The translations under genes and the position numbers were made by a program. DNA of 64,000 bases from Balanoglossus misakiensis (Eukaryota; Animalia; Hemichordata): assembly GCA_040954595.2 (NCBI GenBank), contig CM082582.2:11151483-11215482 (forward strand). Direction: 5' to 3'. The notes under the pieces are model-generated. The model saw only the letters and a list, made by a program, of their open reading frames with translations. It did no database searches and was not told the origin of the DNA. This document shows positions 61,662 through 64,000 of the stretch, piece by piece. How positions within the stretch are numbered: position 1 is the stretch's first letter; the number at the start of each line of letters is the position of its first letter.

Positions 61662-63905
61662 CAAGTGGTGCTAGGCCAGACCTGCATAGACTTCAACAGC
61701 TCGTGTCAACAAGACAACCAGTGCGCCTTCGTTTTCACCAAGCCGCGGCAGGAAGGCGAAAGCTGCCCGCAGAATGTGGACCTGGTCGACGTTGATCAGA
61801 TGATGCAGACAATTAGAGTTCTAGATTCAGCCGTAGAAACTGTGGCCAGCACGATCGCTATTTTGAACCATACCGTATCGTTTCAGATAGAACGTGGGCG
61901 ACAAGAATTGTTAAACTGTAAGTGGTACATGTAATATCTGTAATAATTGGCTTTGCTTTAAATTGAGTGATACAATTGATTGAAATCCGTGTTTGATATC
62001 CTATGGTAGAAATGACTCATCTATGGAAAGATCGCACCTTTCCATACGGCAAATCCGGTAGCTAATTTCACATATAGAAGACCGTGTAACTTTAACACCA
62101 ACTTTCGTTACAGCTGGTGATCCCTGCAATCCCAATCCGTGTAACAGTGGAACATGCTCTGCGTCAAGCGATCCTTCCAAAGCCACCAGATTCGTGTGTC
62201 ATTGCCCTCTGTGCCATAGTGGCGACACCTGCGAAATAAGTATGTAAATATTCAATCTTATGAATAGTTTCGAAGAGTTCCTCTCATTTTATTTCAAATA
62301 TTGTAACACATTCTTTCAGATATATTTGCTAATTCCTCGAGAGATAATGTGTTATCCTCAGAATATTTTAATTTTCTTCTGCGACTAACACACTCAAATA
62401 CGTCACCAAGTAGGGATACCTTGGTGATTTGTGTAAGTGACGGGGTATAGGAGTTCGAGGCGTCCATTTATCAGTGTATTTTGCTTTCCTCCCTTGAGGC
62501 ACAGATCCATGCGACTGCTCTCCGTGTGGGAACGGTGCGACATGTATTCCTACAGCTGACTGCAACAGTCTAGACTGTATGTGTACAAGATGTTACACGG
62601 GAAGGAATTGCCTTGTCGAAAGTAAGTTCCATTAATTAAATTTCGGTGAATCTTCTCATATAAGAGGAATTACAATCTGACGAGTCAATATATGTTAATT
62701 TATTGACGCAATCTGCGAGGTTGAGAACTAAACATGACACTCGTACATGTTTTCAAAGTGTAGATACCTCAGAAGGGATAATAAATAAATATTGTTATTG
62801 TTAATAATAATAGTAATAATAAAATAAAGAATTATATAAAATAATAATGTTAATAATAATAACAATAACAACAACAACAATAATAATAAAGCAATAATAA
62901 TAATAGCGGTTCAAATGAGTATATAACATAGTGGTGCTTTGATATACACCGTACTAAATATTTTGAAGTAACTGTATATTCTATTCATTTATTTTTTGTT
63001 TATACTTCTACAATTACCGTTTGTCCATAACTATAGTGCCAACGGATCTATGCTCATCAAACCCCTGCGAGAATAATGGCATTTGTATAGAGAATAGTTG
63101 CGACTTTACGTGTAACTGTGCTACTGGTTGGACAGGAACACATTGTGAAACTGTGTGTAAGTGATTAATGACATGTAGAGGATTAGTAACATCTAACCTC
63201 GATTGCTAAAAAAGTTATTGCTGATTTGATTATTTAAAAGAATTTATGCTTTATTTCATGCTCGTTCAGCATAACAATTTTCCACTATATTTTGCATGGT
63301 GTTCAAATTGTCGTAAATGTGTTCGGACTATGTCAATTAAGATGTATCGTCAAAAGGCGTTTTACCAACCATGAAAAACTTATTGTCCATTTAAGTCTGG
63401 TGAAACAGTCAGCGACACTCACTCACATTTGCTAAATTTTGTTTAATCAATGTCGGTTACTCCATTACAGTTGACCCCTGTAATCCCAACCCATGTGGCA
63501 ACGGTGGAGCATGTACCACGTCAGACGATTCCTCTTCTACTGCTGGGTACGTGTGTCAATGCCCTCAGTGTTACAGTGGAAACAACTGTGAAATTAGTCG
63601 TAAGTGTGTATTTTTACAAGAGCTAAAAGGAGTTACTTAAAATATAATAAACTCTATAGATGTGTTCACTTATTATGACAGACAGACAAGCAGGCAGACA
63701 GATATGTAGATAGGTAGATAGATAGATAGATACAATTTCGACCAAGTCATTCATCTATCATTTATGTTTGTTTTCCCACCATCAGATATAAATCTGTGCG
63801 GGTGCAATATGTGTCTTCATGACGGGATATGTCTTCCCACACACGACTGTACGGACTATGTCTGCTTGTGCAAAAGCTGTTATACGGGAAAGGATTGCCA
63901 AACAA
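61617..63905 (+). CDS. Secreted protein: signal peptide + Cys motif + coiled coil + tandem atypical EGF-like repeats (continues past the window end)
   Basis: Exons 61617-61917, 62114-62239, 62505-62621, 63037-63156, 63471-63599, 63786-63905; all introns phase 1, one EGF per exon (DPCNPNPC...C.C...G..C); N-terminus MLHYLCVFVALSAVHQVVLG. Confidence 0.88.
62780..62905. repeat. (AAT)n/(AAC)n degenerate microsatellite
   Basis: aataataataacaataacaacaacaacaataataata... Confidence 0.85.
63677..63733. repeat. (GACA)n/(GATA)n microsatellite
   Basis: gacagacagaca...gatagatagatagata. Confidence 0.8.
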
Positions 63906-64000
63906 GTGAGATCCTTTACAATTCATCATCGAATCTTCTCATGATAACGTTAATTATAATCTAACATGTCAGGTCCCAAACAAAATACTTCAATGCCGCT

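Overview
AT-rich, intron-rich animal genomic DNA. Gene content and repeats suggest a marine invertebrate deuterostome, possibly hemichordate-like (inference). Reading splice sites by hand gives, in order: the 3' end of an unidentified Pro/Ser-rich gene (+); IPO4/importin-4 (+, 23 coding exons, ~1082 aa); a ~15-kb gene-poor, CpG-rich interval with one intronless orphan ORF (228 aa); KIAA1143 (-) head-to-head with KIF15 (+, 29 exons, ~1421 aa); EMC8/9 (-) head-to-head with TMEM42 (+); and the 5' part of a secreted coiled-coil + EGF-repeat gene preceded by a ~395-bp tandem duplication of its promoter and signal peptide. Most notable: (1) a 4.4-kb CAC...GTG/TA-flanked foldback element in IPO4 intron 18 carrying ~120 strictly phased palindromic 25-bp repeats with ordered variants; (2) two minor-spliceosome (U12) introns, one starting with AT and with an ambiguous, possibly AT-AA, 3' end; (3) EGF modules with a regular pattern of extra cysteines; (4) an orphan phospho-motif-rich gene downstream of a tandem E-box, with D-box and CRE sites around it; (5) microsynteny joining two human gene blocks. 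Gene names come from recognising protein sequence, not from a database search.
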